Under the pieces are notes generated by a model. The model made no database searches and was not told where the DNA came from. It worked only from the letters and a program-made list of their open reading frames with translations. A stretch of 64,000 bases of DNA from Nitrospirota bacterium (GTDB lineage: Bacteria; Nitrospirota; Leptospirillia; Leptospirillales; Leptospirillaceae). The stretch is from assembly GCA_023481175.1 (NCBI GenBank), contig JAMCWM010000012.1, positions 1-64,000 of the forward strand, read 5' to 3'. Position 1 is the first letter of the stretch. Each line of letters starts with the position of its first letter. A program made the position numbers and the translations under genes. Positions 27,307 through 37,759 of this stretch are shown here, one piece after another.

Positions 27307-28548
27307 TCAGGCTTCCTCCGCATTTTGGGAGAGCCCGACCGCGGCGGACGAGGGCTCTCCGAGCCTTGCCGACCGATACAGGACCAGGAAGAGGAACAGG
27401 GAGAGTCCCGCCAGAGATCCGGCCAGGATCAGAGGCGTATCCGTGTCCCGGGCCTGCCAGAGGAGTCCGGCTATGAGGGGACCAGCGATCTGGGCGGCCT
27501 GGAGGGAGGAGAGGTGAAGGCCGGCCGCCAGACCTGTCCGGTGGGGAGGAACAAGGGAGAGCGCCAGGGCCTGCCGGATGCCTCCGGGGGCCTTGATCCC
27601 CGCAAGCCGGACGGTGTAGAGAAGGACGGCCGGTCCCAGGAAGGGGGAGAGAGGCAGGAGAAGGCCCGCCACGAAGGAAATCGCGGAGATCGCGAGGACG
27701 GTCTCCGGCATCATTCGGGATTTCCCCATCCGGGCGAGAAGGGCGGAGACGAGAGAGGCCGAAAGGTAGGCCAGGGCCAGGAAAAGGGCGGTCTCCCCGG
27801 GACCGGCATGGAAGCGGATCAGGAACCAGTAGGCGATCACCGGATCGACCAGTCCCAGGGCAAGTCCCCCGGAAATGTTCGTTGCGACCAGCAGGACCAG
27901 GCGGCGCTTTTCCCGGGAGGAAAGGCGCGCGGGGGAAGGGAGGGCCGCCGGCTTCGGGCGTGGCTCCGTCCCGGCCGGACCCGGAAGGAGGGCTGCGAGA
28001 AGAAAGCTTCCGAGGGAGAGAAGGAGCAATCCTGAAAGCCCGACCCGGAGACCGGCCGCCGGGGCGGGATTCAGCGTCCCGGAAAGAAAGGCGCCGGCGG
28101 CCATTCCCAGAAGCCCCAGGGCCATGTTGGTTCCGAAGTGGAAAAAAGGAGCGGACGGAAGGGGGAGCCGGGCCAGGAGCACCTGCTCGGAGGGTGCCCA
28201 GGGGCCAGGGGAACCGTTGCTTCTCTGCCCGGCTCCGGCCAGGAAAATGGCAATGGCCAGGGAAAGAGGCGCCGGATGGAGGAGGAAGGGAAGGGCGGAG
28301 AGGGCATTGGCCATTTCTCCGGCCATGAGGAGCCGGCGCGGGGAGATCCGGTCGGCGACGGGGCCCATGCAAAGGGTGAGGAGGAAGTCCGCAAGGAGGC
28401 CTCCCGAAAGGGCGCCCCCCATCTGGAGGCTCGACCAGCCCAGCGCATGGAGGTCCGGAAGGAAGCAGGCGACCAGGTAGCCCTGGACGATCCCCCGGAG
28501 CCCCCTGGCAAGACCCAGGAGCACAGGGATCCCTTCGAGCGGCCTCAC
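27307..28548 (-). CDS. MFS transporter
   Basis: 12 TM-like hydrophobic segments. GTG start overlaps the stop of the upstream GT9 gene (GTGA). The long upstream ORF extensions were rejected. Confidence 0.75.
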   Translation of the reverse strand: MRPLEGIPVLLGLARGLRGIVQGYLVACFLPDLHALGWSSLQMGGALSGGLLADFLLTLCMGPVADRISPRRLLMAGEMANALSALPFLLHPAPLSLAIAIFLAGAGQRSNGSPGPWAPSEQVLLARLPLPSAPFFHFGTNMALGLLGMAAGAFLSGTLNPAPAAGLRVGLSGLLLLSLGSFLLAALLPGPAGTEPRPKPAALPSPARLSSREKRRLVLLVATNISGGLALGLVDPVIAYWFLIRFHAGPGETALFLALAYLSASLVSALLARMGKSRMMPETVLAISAISFVAGLLLPLSPFLGPAVLLYTVRLAGIKAPGGIRQALALSLVPPHRTGLAAGLHLSSLQAAQIAGPLIAGLLWQARDTDTPLILAGSLAGLSLFLFLVLYRSARLGEPSSAAVGLSQNAEEA

Positions 28549-29717
28549 CGGGAGGGCCGCCTGTCGGTGCGGAATCCGGCCAGGGGGAATCCCTGGCCGT
28601 CCGAGAAGCGGAAGGGAAGAGAGGGGACGTCCTGGTCCCCCGAAGCCCCCCCGGCAAGACGGAATTCGACCTCCCGGACGACCCGCTCCACCGGAAGGGA
28701 CGAGAGACAAACATTGTCTCCCCCGCAGGGGGGGCGGGAGACCTGGTAGAGACAGGGGCTGCAGTAGTGGGGCTCGGTCAGGACCGAGAGGGACCGGAGT
28801 CCCTCCGGGTCCAGCACAAGGTCCGGCCGGGTCGGACCGAAGAGGCCGACGGAGGGGGTCCGGAGGTGGAGCGCGAGATGAAGGGGGCCGGTATCGTTCG
28901 AGAGAAAGACATCGGCCCGGGCGAGGAGGGCGATGAGGCTCCCGAGGGAGAGTTGTCCCGCCAGATTGACGATTTTTGCTCCGAGGGAAGGGGGGAGAGC
29001 GCGGGCGACCCGGTCGGTGTAGTCCCGCTCTGCGGCAGAGCCGGTCAGGACGATCCGGAGGGACGGGTGGCGCCGGAGGAGCCGTTCGGCGGCCTGGGAA
29101 AATTTTTCGGCGGGCCACCGCCGTTCCAGGGCCCGCTCCGAGGCGTTGGGATTCAGGACGCAGATTTTTCCCGGCCTGGAAAGAGAAGGATAGACCCGCT
29201 CGAGCTCCTGAAGGTCGGCCGGAGATTCCCGGAGAACGGAGTCCAGGGCCTCCGGCCGGGTGATGTCCGGACAGATTCCCAGAAGGAGGGCGGCCTGCCC
29301 GTAGGCCTGGCGGGAGGGATGATGCATGTTGAAGTAGAGGGGATGGGTCAGAAAGCGCATCCGGGGGCCGTCCTCCCTCCGGACGAATCCGACCCGGCGG
29401 GGGGCTCCGCTCGCGAGGCCGAGCAGGAGGGCGGTCCTGCGCCAGGTGTGGAGCTGAAGGTCGAGAAAGAGGGCGGGGCTCTGGGCCCGGATCCGGAGAG
29501 CCAGGGTCGCCAGGGCAGGAAGCGACATCCTCCCGCCGGTCGCGGGGGCCTCAAGATAGAGAATCCGGTCGGGCCAGGGAAAGCGGGAGGCGACGGGAGC
29601 GTTTCTCCGCTCCGTGACAAGAACCTGCCGTGTCTCCGGCGCCCTTTGCCGCAGTTCGGCCAGGAAGGGAGCGATCCCCAGAAGGGTGCCCCACCCGGAA
29701 AACTTGAGGATCACCAT
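28545..29717 (-). CDS. Glycosyltransferase family 9 (ADP-heptose:LPS heptosyltransferase-like)
   Basis: MVILKFSGWGTLLGIAPFLAELRQRAP N-terminus. C-terminal RIVLTGSAAERDYTDRVARALPPSLGAKIVNLAGQLSLGSLIALLARADVFLSNDTGPLHLALHLRTPSVGLFGPT is typical of RfaF/RfaC-type GT9. RBS GGAGGGAGGG. Confidence 0.8.
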   Translation of the reverse strand: MVILKFSGWGTLLGIAPFLAELRQRAPETRQVLVTERRNAPVASRFPWPDRILYLEAPATGGRMSLPALATLALRIRAQSPALFLDLQLHTWRRTALLLGLASGAPRRVGFVRREDGPRMRFLTHPLYFNMHHPSRQAYGQAALLLGICPDITRPEALDSVLRESPADLQELERVYPSLSRPGKICVLNPNASERALERRWPAEKFSQAAERLLRRHPSLRIVLTGSAAERDYTDRVARALPPSLGAKIVNLAGQLSLGSLIALLARADVFLSNDTGPLHLALHLRTPSVGLFGPTRPDLVLDPEGLRSLSVLTEPHYCSPCLYQVSRPPCGGDNVCLSSLPVERVVREVEFRLAGGASGDQDVPSLPFRFSDGQGFPLAGFRTDRRPSR

Positions 29718-29914
29718 CGTCCCTCCCTCCACGCTTTTCAGAAGGGAGGAGACGGCGGGTTCCGGAATTTCCTCCGGTTCGGGTGAGGGGACTTCCTCCA
29801 GGGGATGGACTCTGTTCACGTTTGCTCCATGAAAACAGAAGACCGTCCTCTCGAGGGAAAGTCCGGACCTCTGCATTCTTATTTGAATGGTCGCCGGTCG
29901 ATGGACCGGATGAG

Positions 29915-30559
29915 TCAGAGCCATCCCTTCCGGAAGGCCTTGACGGCCGCATCGGCCCGGGTGGTGGCCGAAAGCTTGACCAGGATGCTCTGGATATGCG
30001 CCTTGACCGTGCTCAGGCTGATGTCGAGCTCGCTTGCGATTTCCCGGTTCGGCCTCCCCTCGGCCAAAAGCCGGAGGACCTCCGTCTCCCGCGGGGAGAG
30101 AGGGGACTCCGGCCCGGGCTCGGGGGAGGAGAGGATCCGTCGGATGGCAAGATGGGCGATGCGCGGGTCGACATACAGGGATCCCAGGGAGACGGCCTGG
30201 ATTCCCAGAAGCAGGCTGTCGACGTCGCTGTCCTTCAGGCAGTACCCGTCGGCTCCCGAAGAAAAGGCCGCAAAGATCTCGTCCTCCAGCTGGTGGACGG
30301 TAAACATGAGGATCCTGAGGGACGGGTGCGCCTCCTTGAGCCGCCGCGTCGTCTCGATCCCCGAGATCCCCGGAAGGCCGATATCCATGACCACCACGCC
30401 GGGGAGCGAGCCGGCGGCCTCCGGTGCGAGAAGGACCTCCAGGGCTCTCTCTCCGCTCTCCGCTTCGCCTGCGACCTCGAGGGAAGGAATCCGGTCGAGG
30501 GCCGCCCGAAGCCCCTGCCGCATCAGGAGATGGTCTTCGACCAAAAAAATACGGGTCAT
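29915..30559 (-). CDS. LuxR/NarL-family response regulator
   Basis: REC domain (IFLVEDHLLMRQGLRAAL...VVVMDIGLPGISGIETTRRLKEAHPSLRILMFTVH) plus C-terminal LuxR HTH (LSPRETEVLRLLAEGRPNREIASELDISLSTVKAHIQSIL). Confidence 0.88.
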   Translation of the reverse strand: MTRIFLVEDHLLMRQGLRAALDRIPSLEVAGEAESGERALEVLLAPEAAGSLPGVVVMDIGLPGISGIETTRRLKEAHPSLRILMFTVHQLEDEIFAAFSSGADGYCLKDSDVDSLLLGIQAVSLGSLYVDPRIAHLAIRRILSSPEPGPESPLSPRETEVLRLLAEGRPNREIASELDISLSTVKAHIQSILVKLSATTRADAAVKAFRKGWL

Positions 30560-32136
30560 GGAGATCTCCTTTCCGGGAGTTCCACCGTAAAGAGGCTTCC
30601 CGGATCTCCCGGCCGATAGCGGATCCGTCCGCCATGGAGTCGGGCAATCTGCTGGGCCAGATAGAGTCCCAGCCCAAAGCCCGAGCCGGGATGGAGCCCT
30701 CCGAAACGCCGGAAGAGGCGCGGGACCATCGCCGGAGGGATGCCGGGTCCGGAGTCCCGGATGGTCGCCAGAAATGCGGAGCCCTCCTTATGACAGGATA
30801 CAGCAATTGTTTCTCCAGGGGGAGACCATTTGATTGCGTTGTCGGCCAGATTGAGAAAAAGGCGCTTGAGGGCCTGGCGGTCGCCCTCGATCAAGCCATC
30901 GCCCAGGCAAGACGAAATGGCGATCCGGTTTTGCCGGGCGAGGGGGGCGAGCTCCCCTATGACCTCCTCCAGAAGGGGGGCGAGAGGGAAAAGGCTCCAT
31001 TCGAGGGGTTGGTCGTTCAGTTCGTAGCGGGACAGAAGGAGAAGGCGGTTCGAGAGCTCCAGGAGGGAGCTGTTCGAGTGGATCATCTGTTCCAGGAGCT
31101 TGGCCACCCCGTCCGGCACAGGCTCCCAGACCCCCTCGAGGGCCAGCGTCATGTTCAGGTTCTGGGCCAGGAGGGGGGTCCGGATGTCGTGGGAGACCCC
31201 TGAGACGAGATCCCGGATCATGGCGTTTTTCTGGAAAAGCCGGTCGTTCGTCTCCTGAAGATGGCGGAGGAGCTCGAGCCTTCTTAGCATTTCCTCGAGG
31301 ACGGGGAGAATCTCGGAAAGGATCAGGGAGGTGTCGGGTTCGCGGGGGTCCAGGAGAAAGAGGAGAAGGTCGGGAAAATCTCCGTCTCCTCCGTTTCCCG
31401 GCGACAGACGGGCCAGGATCCCCTCGCCGACGCCGTTCTCCTCGAGGACGGGGGCCAGGCTCAAATGGGAGACGGGACGCGGGGAAAAGGGTCGGGCCAT
31501 GAGCAGGGACAAGGCTCCGGGCAGGGTTTCGCCCTCTTTCCAGAAGGCGAGCGCGGGGGGGTCGGTGAGGATGGGGGCGCGCCACCGGTTGTCATGGGCC
31601 GCCGCGAAGATGATCCCCCGGGCTGAGAACAGGGTCCTGAATTGGGTGGCGATGCGCGCCAGGAGCTCCCGGGGGTCTCCCTCTCGGGAGAGCTCTTCGA
31701 GCAGGCCCCGGATCTTTCGGTCCCGGTCGGCCCGGAGCCGCTCCGAGAGGACCTTGCCGGTTTCGAGGGCATTGTCCTGGATCCGCATGGCCAGATAGCC
31801 CACCAGGAGAAAGGAGAGGACGGCGAAGATCCGGTTGGCGATGGCGATAGGGCTGACGGCCCCCTCCGCATGGGCGTTGATTGCCTCCGCGAGGACATTG
31901 GAAAGGATCCCGAAGAGAACCATGCCGAGGGTGAATCGCCGATTGAGTGTCAGCCCCGTCAGCGCGATGGGAACGTCCTGGAGAATGGAGACGACCAGAC
32001 GCTGGGGGGTCAGGGCATCGACGAGAAAAAGGAACAGGGAGAGCGAGACCGACAGGACAACGATCCGGCGGGAGAAGGGGTCCCGACGGAAGGAGCCCGT
32101 CCGGACATCCTCCCTAGGGGCGAGAAGGGGATTCAT
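30556..32136 (-). CDS. Sensor histidine kinase (membrane N-terminal domain, GAF-like region, HisKA + HATPase_c)
   Basis: H-box LVSGVSHDIRTPL. N/G boxes LADNAIKWSPPGETIAVSC...IRDSGPGIPPAMVPRLFRRFGG...GSGFGLGLYLAQQIARLHGGRI. 4-nt overlap with the response-regulator gene. Confidence 0.85.
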   Translation of the reverse strand: MNPLLAPREDVRTGSFRRDPFSRRIVVLSVSLSLFLFLVDALTPQRLVVSILQDVPIALTGLTLNRRFTLGMVLFGILSNVLAEAINAHAEGAVSPIAIANRIFAVLSFLLVGYLAMRIQDNALETGKVLSERLRADRDRKIRGLLEELSREGDPRELLARIATQFRTLFSARGIIFAAAHDNRWRAPILTDPPALAFWKEGETLPGALSLLMARPFSPRPVSHLSLAPVLEENGVGEGILARLSPGNGGDGDFPDLLLFLLDPREPDTSLILSEILPVLEEMLRRLELLRHLQETNDRLFQKNAMIRDLVSGVSHDIRTPLLAQNLNMTLALEGVWEPVPDGVAKLLEQMIHSNSSLLELSNRLLLLSRYELNDQPLEWSLFPLAPLLEEVIGELAPLARQNRIAISSCLGDGLIEGDRQALKRLFLNLADNAIKWSPPGETIAVSCHKEGSAFLATIRDSGPGIPPAMVPRLFRRFGGLHPGSGFGLGLYLAQQIARLHGGRIRYRPGDPGSLFTVELPERRSP

Positions 32137-34009
32137 GGAGGGGTCCCGCCGGACCCATCTTCCGGAACTTCCAGAGCGTGACCGGAAGACCGGACCGCCC
32201 GACGGCCGTTTCGATGGCGCCGGCGATCGCCGATCCGGTGTCGTTGATGACGAGGGTGTCGGCCTTTTCCCGGCGCAGGGTCCGCACCAGGACCTCCCCG
32301 GCCGACCGGCCCCGGAGAAGGCGCGTGTCGACCAGGACATCCCGCTCCACCCCGATCGCCTGGCAGAGGGCTAAGGTCTGGCGGGCGGCCTGCTCTTCGG
32401 CCGGAAGGGGGGCGGCCAGCGGAACGGAGAGGGGAACCTCGAGAACGGTGACCACAAGAAGCCGGGCTCCGTCGGTTTTGGCGATCTTCAGAATGTCCGG
32501 AAGAACGGGCGAGGGGGCGGTGGGGGAGGTGGCCACCATGAGCGTCGTGTGGGGGATGTCGACCGGGACCGGGGGTTCGGGGATCTCCGTTACCGACAGC
32601 CGGTCCATGAGAGGCATCCGGGCCTTCTTCCGGTAGACATAGTAGTAGGCGATTCCGGCCGCCATCCAGAGGGTTCCGAAGACCCGCCCGTACTTGTGGA
32701 AGATCAGCACCATCGCAAAGACGCTTCCCGTTCCGAGAAGGCCGAAGACGGCGATCAGCGGGATCTCCCGGCCGAAGATCCGGAGGGAGAGGGGGACACG
32801 GAAGGGGCGGGGAAGGTCCGGGTCCGTGTTCCGGAGCCGGATCAGGGCCAGGTGGGTCATCGTAAAGGAGATCATGGCGCCGTAGTTGTAGAGGTCGGCC
32901 AGGACCTCGAGATAGGGAAAGAAGGCCACGATGGCGGCGCCGAGAGAGCCGAAAAAAACGAGGGAATAGACCGGGGTCCGGAAACGGCGGGTGGTATGGC
33001 GAAAGATCGGATGGATCAGGAAATTGTGGGACATGGAAAAGGCCAGGCGGGAGACCCCGATCAGCCCGGCATTGGCGGCCACCGTCAGGATCGTCGCGCC
33101 CAGAAGGGCCACCCAGGGGCCCAGGTAGGTGTTCACGTGGGGAATGAAATGGGCGATCCCCGCGATCGGGTCGTTGACCCAGACGGTGGAGAGGAGCCGG
33201 GGGCTCATCGCCGAGACGGCGACCAGACTGATGCCGGAATAGAGGAGGACGGTCGTGCCCATGGTCATGAACATGGCCCGGGGAACGGACTTCCCCGGAT
33301 CCCGGGCCTCGGCCGACATCTGGCTTATGGCCTCGATCCCGATATAGGCCACCATGGCCACCGAAATCCCGTAGAGGAAGTGGGGCCAGGTCGGATTGGT
33401 TCCCAGGGAAAACTGGGACAGGATCCGGGGGAGGTCGAAGAGGAAGACCAGCCCCAGGACCATGAGGGAGAGCTGGGTGACGATGTCGAAGCCGGCCAGG
33501 AGCAGACTGAAGCGGGAGGATTCGCGGAGCCCCAGGATGTTGAGCAGGATCAGGAGCAGGATCAAGGCTCCGGTGAAGGTCACATTGGCCTGGACGTTGT
33601 CCTTCAGGATCGGGAAGAAATATCCGAGATAGGGGCCGACCGAAAAGGCGCTGATGGCCAGGGTGACGATGTAGTCGAGGAGGAGGGCCCATCCGGCGAA
33701 AAAGGCCCACCCGTCCCCGAAGGCCCGCTGGGCGAAGAGGGAGGAGCCCCCCGCCTCCGGAATGGCCGAGGAGAGTTCGGCATAGGAGAGGACGGTGGCC
33801 ACGAAAAAAAGTCCGGCGATGAAGATGGCGAGAAAGGAGGCGCCTCCGGCGTAGATGGTGGTGACCCCCAGGGCGAAATAGATGGAGGATCCCACGTCGC
33901 CGTACCCCGAGGAAAAAAGGGCGCCGACGCCGATGACCCGTCCGAGGACCGCCTCCCGGAAGCGGACGACGCTCTTTCGGGTTTCGTGATAGAAGTGAAA
34001 AGCGGACAT
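32114..34009 (-). CDS. APC-superfamily amino-acid/polyamine permease fused to a C-terminal UspA domain
   Basis: 12-TM APC core (GSSIYFALGVTT...AELSSAIPEAGGSSLFAQRAFG) followed by about 140 aa with Usp-like ATTLMVATSPTAPS...LVRTLRREKADTLVIND. Confidence 0.85.
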   Translation of the reverse strand: MSAFHFYHETRKSVVRFREAVLGRVIGVGALFSSGYGDVGSSIYFALGVTTIYAGGASFLAIFIAGLFFVATVLSYAELSSAIPEAGGSSLFAQRAFGDGWAFFAGWALLLDYIVTLAISAFSVGPYLGYFFPILKDNVQANVTFTGALILLLILLNILGLRESSRFSLLLAGFDIVTQLSLMVLGLVFLFDLPRILSQFSLGTNPTWPHFLYGISVAMVAYIGIEAISQMSAEARDPGKSVPRAMFMTMGTTVLLYSGISLVAVSAMSPRLLSTVWVNDPIAGIAHFIPHVNTYLGPWVALLGATILTVAANAGLIGVSRLAFSMSHNFLIHPIFRHTTRRFRTPVYSLVFFGSLGAAIVAFFPYLEVLADLYNYGAMISFTMTHLALIRLRNTDPDLPRPFRVPLSLRIFGREIPLIAVFGLLGTGSVFAMVLIFHKYGRVFGTLWMAAGIAYYYVYRKKARMPLMDRLSVTEIPEPPVPVDIPHTTLMVATSPTAPSPVLPDILKIAKTDGARLLVVTVLEVPLSVPLAAPLPAEEQAARQTLALCQAIGVERDVLVDTRLLRGRSAGEVLVRTLRREKADTLVINDTGSAIAGAIETAVGRSGLPVTLWKFRKMGPAGPLHESPSRP

Positions 34010-34386
34010 GGCGGGTCTCCCTGATTTTGGTCGGAATTTTTTTTATAACCCATTGGAGAGGGATCCTGCAATTGGCCGGATGGCCAGAGGTGGCCCCGGG
34101 GGCCCTCCGGTCATCCGGGCGGGGAGGTCCCCTGCGGGAGGGAGACGGGCGGGCGGGGCCCTTCCCCCCGCGTCACGTGAAGATTCTTGGTGACCATGAT
34201 CCCGAACAGAATGGCCGCCAGCAGAAGAAAGAGCACGACATCCAGAATCGAGGCCTCTCGTTTCGGGCCATCTCCTTTTTCGTTCACCTGATTCTCCTTT
34301 CCGGTTTTTAAATCCGGCCGCTTTCCCTCCCTCCGTTTCCGGTGTCCCGACTCTCCCCGGATCGGCTGCGGAGGCGTCTCCCCGGG

Positions 34387-34971
34387 TCAGGCGGCCCTTC
34401 GGGAGAAAGGCTCCCGGCTCTTCGCCGTGCCGCGTTCCAAAAGCCCGGATCGGGAGGCAGGCCCTTTCTTCACAGGATCCGGCGGCCAGATTTCCACGAT
34501 CCCGTCATGGACACGGTCGCGGGTTATTCCGGACCCCGGAGGCGGCAGGAGGCGGATGCGCCCCCGCACGCCCTCCCGAGTGTCAGGTCTCACGGTGACG
34601 CACATTCCCCTCTCAAGCTCCCGGGAGGAGCGATCCTCCGGATTCTCCATGATCACAAAGGCGCTTCTTTGCGCGTTTTGCCCGGACGAAACCACCGCCG
34701 TCACCGACTCGACCGCAAGGAGCCGGCCGGTCGGGGCGGAACACCGGGGGTGTCCGTCCTTTCCGATCCGGACCTCCCGAAGGGTGAGAGAGAGACGCCG
34801 GGTCGCCGGATCTTTCCGGATGTCGGCCACGAGCCCCCCGAAGATCGTCCTTGACGACCGGGGATCGTCGCCCCCGGAAAGGAGAAGGAGAGAGCCGGCA
34901 TTCGTCGTTTCGCAGGCCGGAAGGCACATTCCAAAGATCAGGGCCACGGCCAGGAAGATTTTTTTCATCAG
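34387..34971 (-). CDS. Hypothetical lipoprotein
   Basis: MKKIFLAVALIFGMCLPAC is a signal peptide plus lipobox. About 194 aa. No recognisable domain. Confidence 0.45.
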   Translation of the reverse strand: MMKKIFLAVALIFGMCLPACETTNAGSLLLLSGGDDPRSSRTIFGGLVADIRKDPATRRLSLTLREVRIGKDGHPRCSAPTGRLLAVESVTAVVSSGQNAQRSAFVIMENPEDRSSRELERGMCVTVRPDTREGVRGRIRLLPPPGSGITRDRVHDGIVEIWPPDPVKKGPASRSGLLERGTAKSREPFSRRAA

Positions 34972-35435
34972 TGTTTTCGCTGTCTTTTTCACTCGGAACT
35001 CCTGCCCTCCGGTCTCCGGACCTCTCCGTTCCCCGGAGCGGAGGCCCTTATCCGGGCCAATCCGCCCATCCCGGCGAACAAGGTCGAGAGGAAGTCGGGC
35101 ATCAAGAGAATCTGTGGCCTCGATCAATGGTCCGGATCGAAAAAAACCTTCCGGACCGGGATCTTCCAGGGTTTCTGTGATCTTTGTCGATCCTCGACAA
35201 ACGTCGAGACAATGTTTCTTTTGCGGGCATGTCGACAGAAAGAAGCGGAAATCCTGATCCGATTCTCTTTGCGTTCAATGGAATTTCTCCCGGAAAGTCG
35301 ACTGGAATGCGACAATCAACATTGCTTTAAGGACGTCGGTCAATACGCCTAATGCGGTCTTGATTTAAGGCTTGACCCGCAAGCTCCGGCCTTCAGGCCG
35401 GGGGAGTTGACGCAAAAGGATTTTCAACCGGAAAG

Positions 35436-35778
35436 TCAGACCGAGCCCGGTTCTGGAGGACTCGTTTTTAAGTTTCGGATTTGCGCCTCCATCTGGGCGA
35501 GGTCCCTCCTCATGCTCAAAAAATCAACGGTCCCTTTCGCAACAATACTGGCTGCGACAAGAAACGATATCCCTCCGATGATTTCGTAAAGATCATTGGA
35601 GTTCCGGCTGAAAAATCGAAACATCGCCAGACCCACGACGGTCATGTTCAATCCTGTCGTGATGTGCAGGAGAAAGTTCCGCTCGATGGCCAGGAGAAAC
35701 TGGTCGAAGGCGATCTGATCGGAAAAGGTCAGCGGCTCCCGAATCTGCCCCTTCAGACTGTTTGCCCGCACCCTGTTC
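35436..35778 (-). CDS. DUF202/YidH-family small membrane protein
   Basis: ERNFLLHITTGLNMTVVGLAMFRF ... EIIGGISFLVAASIVAKG is the two-TM DUF202 pattern. RBS GGAGGGAGAGG. Confidence 0.6.
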
Positions 35779-36020
35779 ATCCTCTCCCTCCTTTTTCGCC
35801 CTTCCCGACAGCTGTCCGGAGGCTCGAATTTTCGGCAAGATCCCGGAGGCCGCTCAATCAAGCGTCGCGGGGCGGATCCGTTCTTTACGGGGGCTCGGAG
35901 AGGCATCCCCTCTCGCCGGACCGTCCGGGGCCTGACTGGAAATTGCCGGACTTTCCTGGAAACCGGTTCCGGGTTCCAGGTTCCACCAACCCACAAAACC
36001 TTGTCGGAAGCGCTCCCGGG

Positions 36021-36046
36021 CCCGGCTCGATTTCCGGGAACCCGGG
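36021..36046 (+). repeat. 26-bp dispersed repeat CCCGGC[C/T]CGATTTCCGGGAACCCGGG (second copy at 14578-14603)
   Basis: 25/26 identical between the two intergenic sites. Related GGTTCC..CCACAAAA motifs occur at 35950-35995 and 45045-45075. Confidence 0.6.
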
Positions 36047-36249
36047 TTCGTCCGGATTCCCCGGAACCACCGACCAACCCTCACCTTATCTGGTCTGGGT
36101 CGATTTTCCGTCTTGACGATAGGGAGCCCTTCACCCGGTCTCCGTTCGGATCGGATGAAGGGGAATCTGGCAGATTGTCTCAGACGGTCATCCCCTTTTT
36201 GAGACGCTTCGGATCTTCTCGAAATGGTTCACGACCGATTTCCCGTCCA

Positions 36250-37674
36250 TCAGAAGGTGTAGATCAGCTCGAGGTCGACGGTGTCCTGGGAGTAGAGGGC
36301 CGGACCCCGGTTGGCCGAACTGTAGAGACTGTTGTTGAACAGGGCATTGTTCGAGTTGTCGTGGCGATACTCGATCCGGCTGATGATGTTCGGATAGAAG
36401 TTCCACTGGAAGTCCACCGTCTCGTCGTTGATGGCCGTTCCGGGGATCCCCGTCATGAAGCCGTTGGGGTCGTAGTAGACCTCGTAGCGGGCCACGAGAT
36501 CCATCGTGTCGCTGATGTCGTAGCGCACGAAGTTCTCGCTCGAGTACCAGGTGGCGTTGCCCACCGGCATCCCGGTGGTGGAGCTGATCTGGCCCTCGGC
36601 CTGCCAGCCGTAGGAGTCGTCGGTGACCAGGGTGAAATGGGCGAACGGCCCCACCTCCACCACGAAGGCTCCGTAGTTTCTCCAGGTCGGCGTGTTGGCG
36701 TTCCCGTTGGTGTACTGGGCCTGGGCCGCAGGTGAAATGGCCCCGAAGAAGAGCGGGTCGAAGTACATGTTCCGCACCTGGGGTCCCAGGTATCCCGAGA
36801 AGTTGATGTTGAGCCAGGAGACGGGATTGGCCACCAGTCCCAGCTCCAGGTCCTGGAAGTAGGAGCCCTCGTTGGACTGGAAGTTCGAGTTCCACCCGTT
36901 GTTCACCCCCAGGTAGAAATTGGTGGTGGCGTTGGGGGCGTAGTGCACCCGGACCCCGGTCTGGGTATAGGGCCCGAGAAAGAAGGTGTAGCCGTCGGAG
37001 ATCATCCAGTTGCCGTAGGGCTGGATCACCTCGAAGTTCGCGAGCGTCTGGAACTGTCCGGTGTAGACCTCGAGCTCCTTGTTGGTGTCGGGCACGAGGA
37101 AATTGATGTAGGCCTCTTCCATCCAGAAGGAGGAGTAGGGCATGCCGGCGGCGTTGGGAGCCTCGAGGGTGGTGCCGTTCGAGCCAAAGGCATGGCCCCC
37201 GCCCAGGGCCCCGTAGTAGCCGGGAGAGAAGTTCTGGGCCGACGCGTAGGCGCCGGGACCGAAGTCGGTCCGGAGGACGAAGCCCACCCCGTCGTCGTCG
37301 GGACGCCAGAGCTTGAGCTGGGCCATGTTGACGTTGAAGGAATTGGCCCCGTAGTCGTAGGCCCGGAAGTCGGTGGTTCCCGCCGAGGTCGGATTGTACT
37401 GGGCGTAGACGTCCACGAAGCCCTTGAGGTGGATGTTCATGGCGGGCACCACCAGATCCGACGGGGGGGCCGGCGCGTCCGCGGGGGCTCCCGCCGGAGC
37501 GGGGGCGGGCGAGGCGGTTGTTCCGGACGAGGCCGGGGCGGAGGCCGCCGGGGTGCCCGAGTCGGCAAAGGCCCGCAAAAGCGGGGCGGGTCCCGCGAGA
37601 AGAAGACCGGTCACGGCCGAGAGGGCCGCAAGCTTTGAGCAAGCCGAAAGCGATGATCTGAAAGAGAGGGACAT
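36250..37674 (-). CDS. Outer-membrane beta-barrel porin-like protein
   Basis: Signal peptide, an Ala/Pro-rich linker, then alternating aromatic/Gly beta-strand segments. C-terminal VDLELIYTF is an OMP terminal-Phe signature. Confidence 0.7.
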   Translation of the reverse strand: MSLSFRSSLSACSKLAALSAVTGLLLAGPAPLLRAFADSGTPAASAPASSGTTASPAPAPAGAPADAPAPPSDLVVPAMNIHLKGFVDVYAQYNPTSAGTTDFRAYDYGANSFNVNMAQLKLWRPDDDGVGFVLRTDFGPGAYASAQNFSPGYYGALGGGHAFGSNGTTLEAPNAAGMPYSSFWMEEAYINFLVPDTNKELEVYTGQFQTLANFEVIQPYGNWMISDGYTFFLGPYTQTGVRVHYAPNATTNFYLGVNNGWNSNFQSNEGSYFQDLELGLVANPVSWLNINFSGYLGPQVRNMYFDPLFFGAISPAAQAQYTNGNANTPTWRNYGAFVVEVGPFAHFTLVTDDSYGWQAEGQISSTTGMPVGNATWYSSENFVRYDISDTMDLVARYEVYYDPNGFMTGIPGTAINDETVDFQWNFYPNIISRIEYRHDNSNNALFNNSLYSSANRGPALYSQDTVDLELIYTF

Positions 37675-37759
37675 GGAGGCGGATCCTTTCGTGTGTGGTC
37701 GAGGCGCAGAGGCCCTGTCGGAAGTTCCGGGACAGGGCGGGTCGCCGCCGGAAGATTTT

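Noticed and set aside
27191-29118. Very long Pro/Arg-rich ORFs (27191..28714, 27307..29118 N-terminal part) upstream of and across the MFS gene
   Set aside because: Low-complexity sequence running through the GT9 gene. The MFS gene has a plausible GTG start at 28548 coupled to the GT9 stop.
32133-33710. 525-aa alternative-frame ORF inside the APC permease gene
   Set aside because: Same strand, shifted frame, Arg/Pro/Gly-rich with no TM pattern. The in-frame APC reading is clearly the real one.
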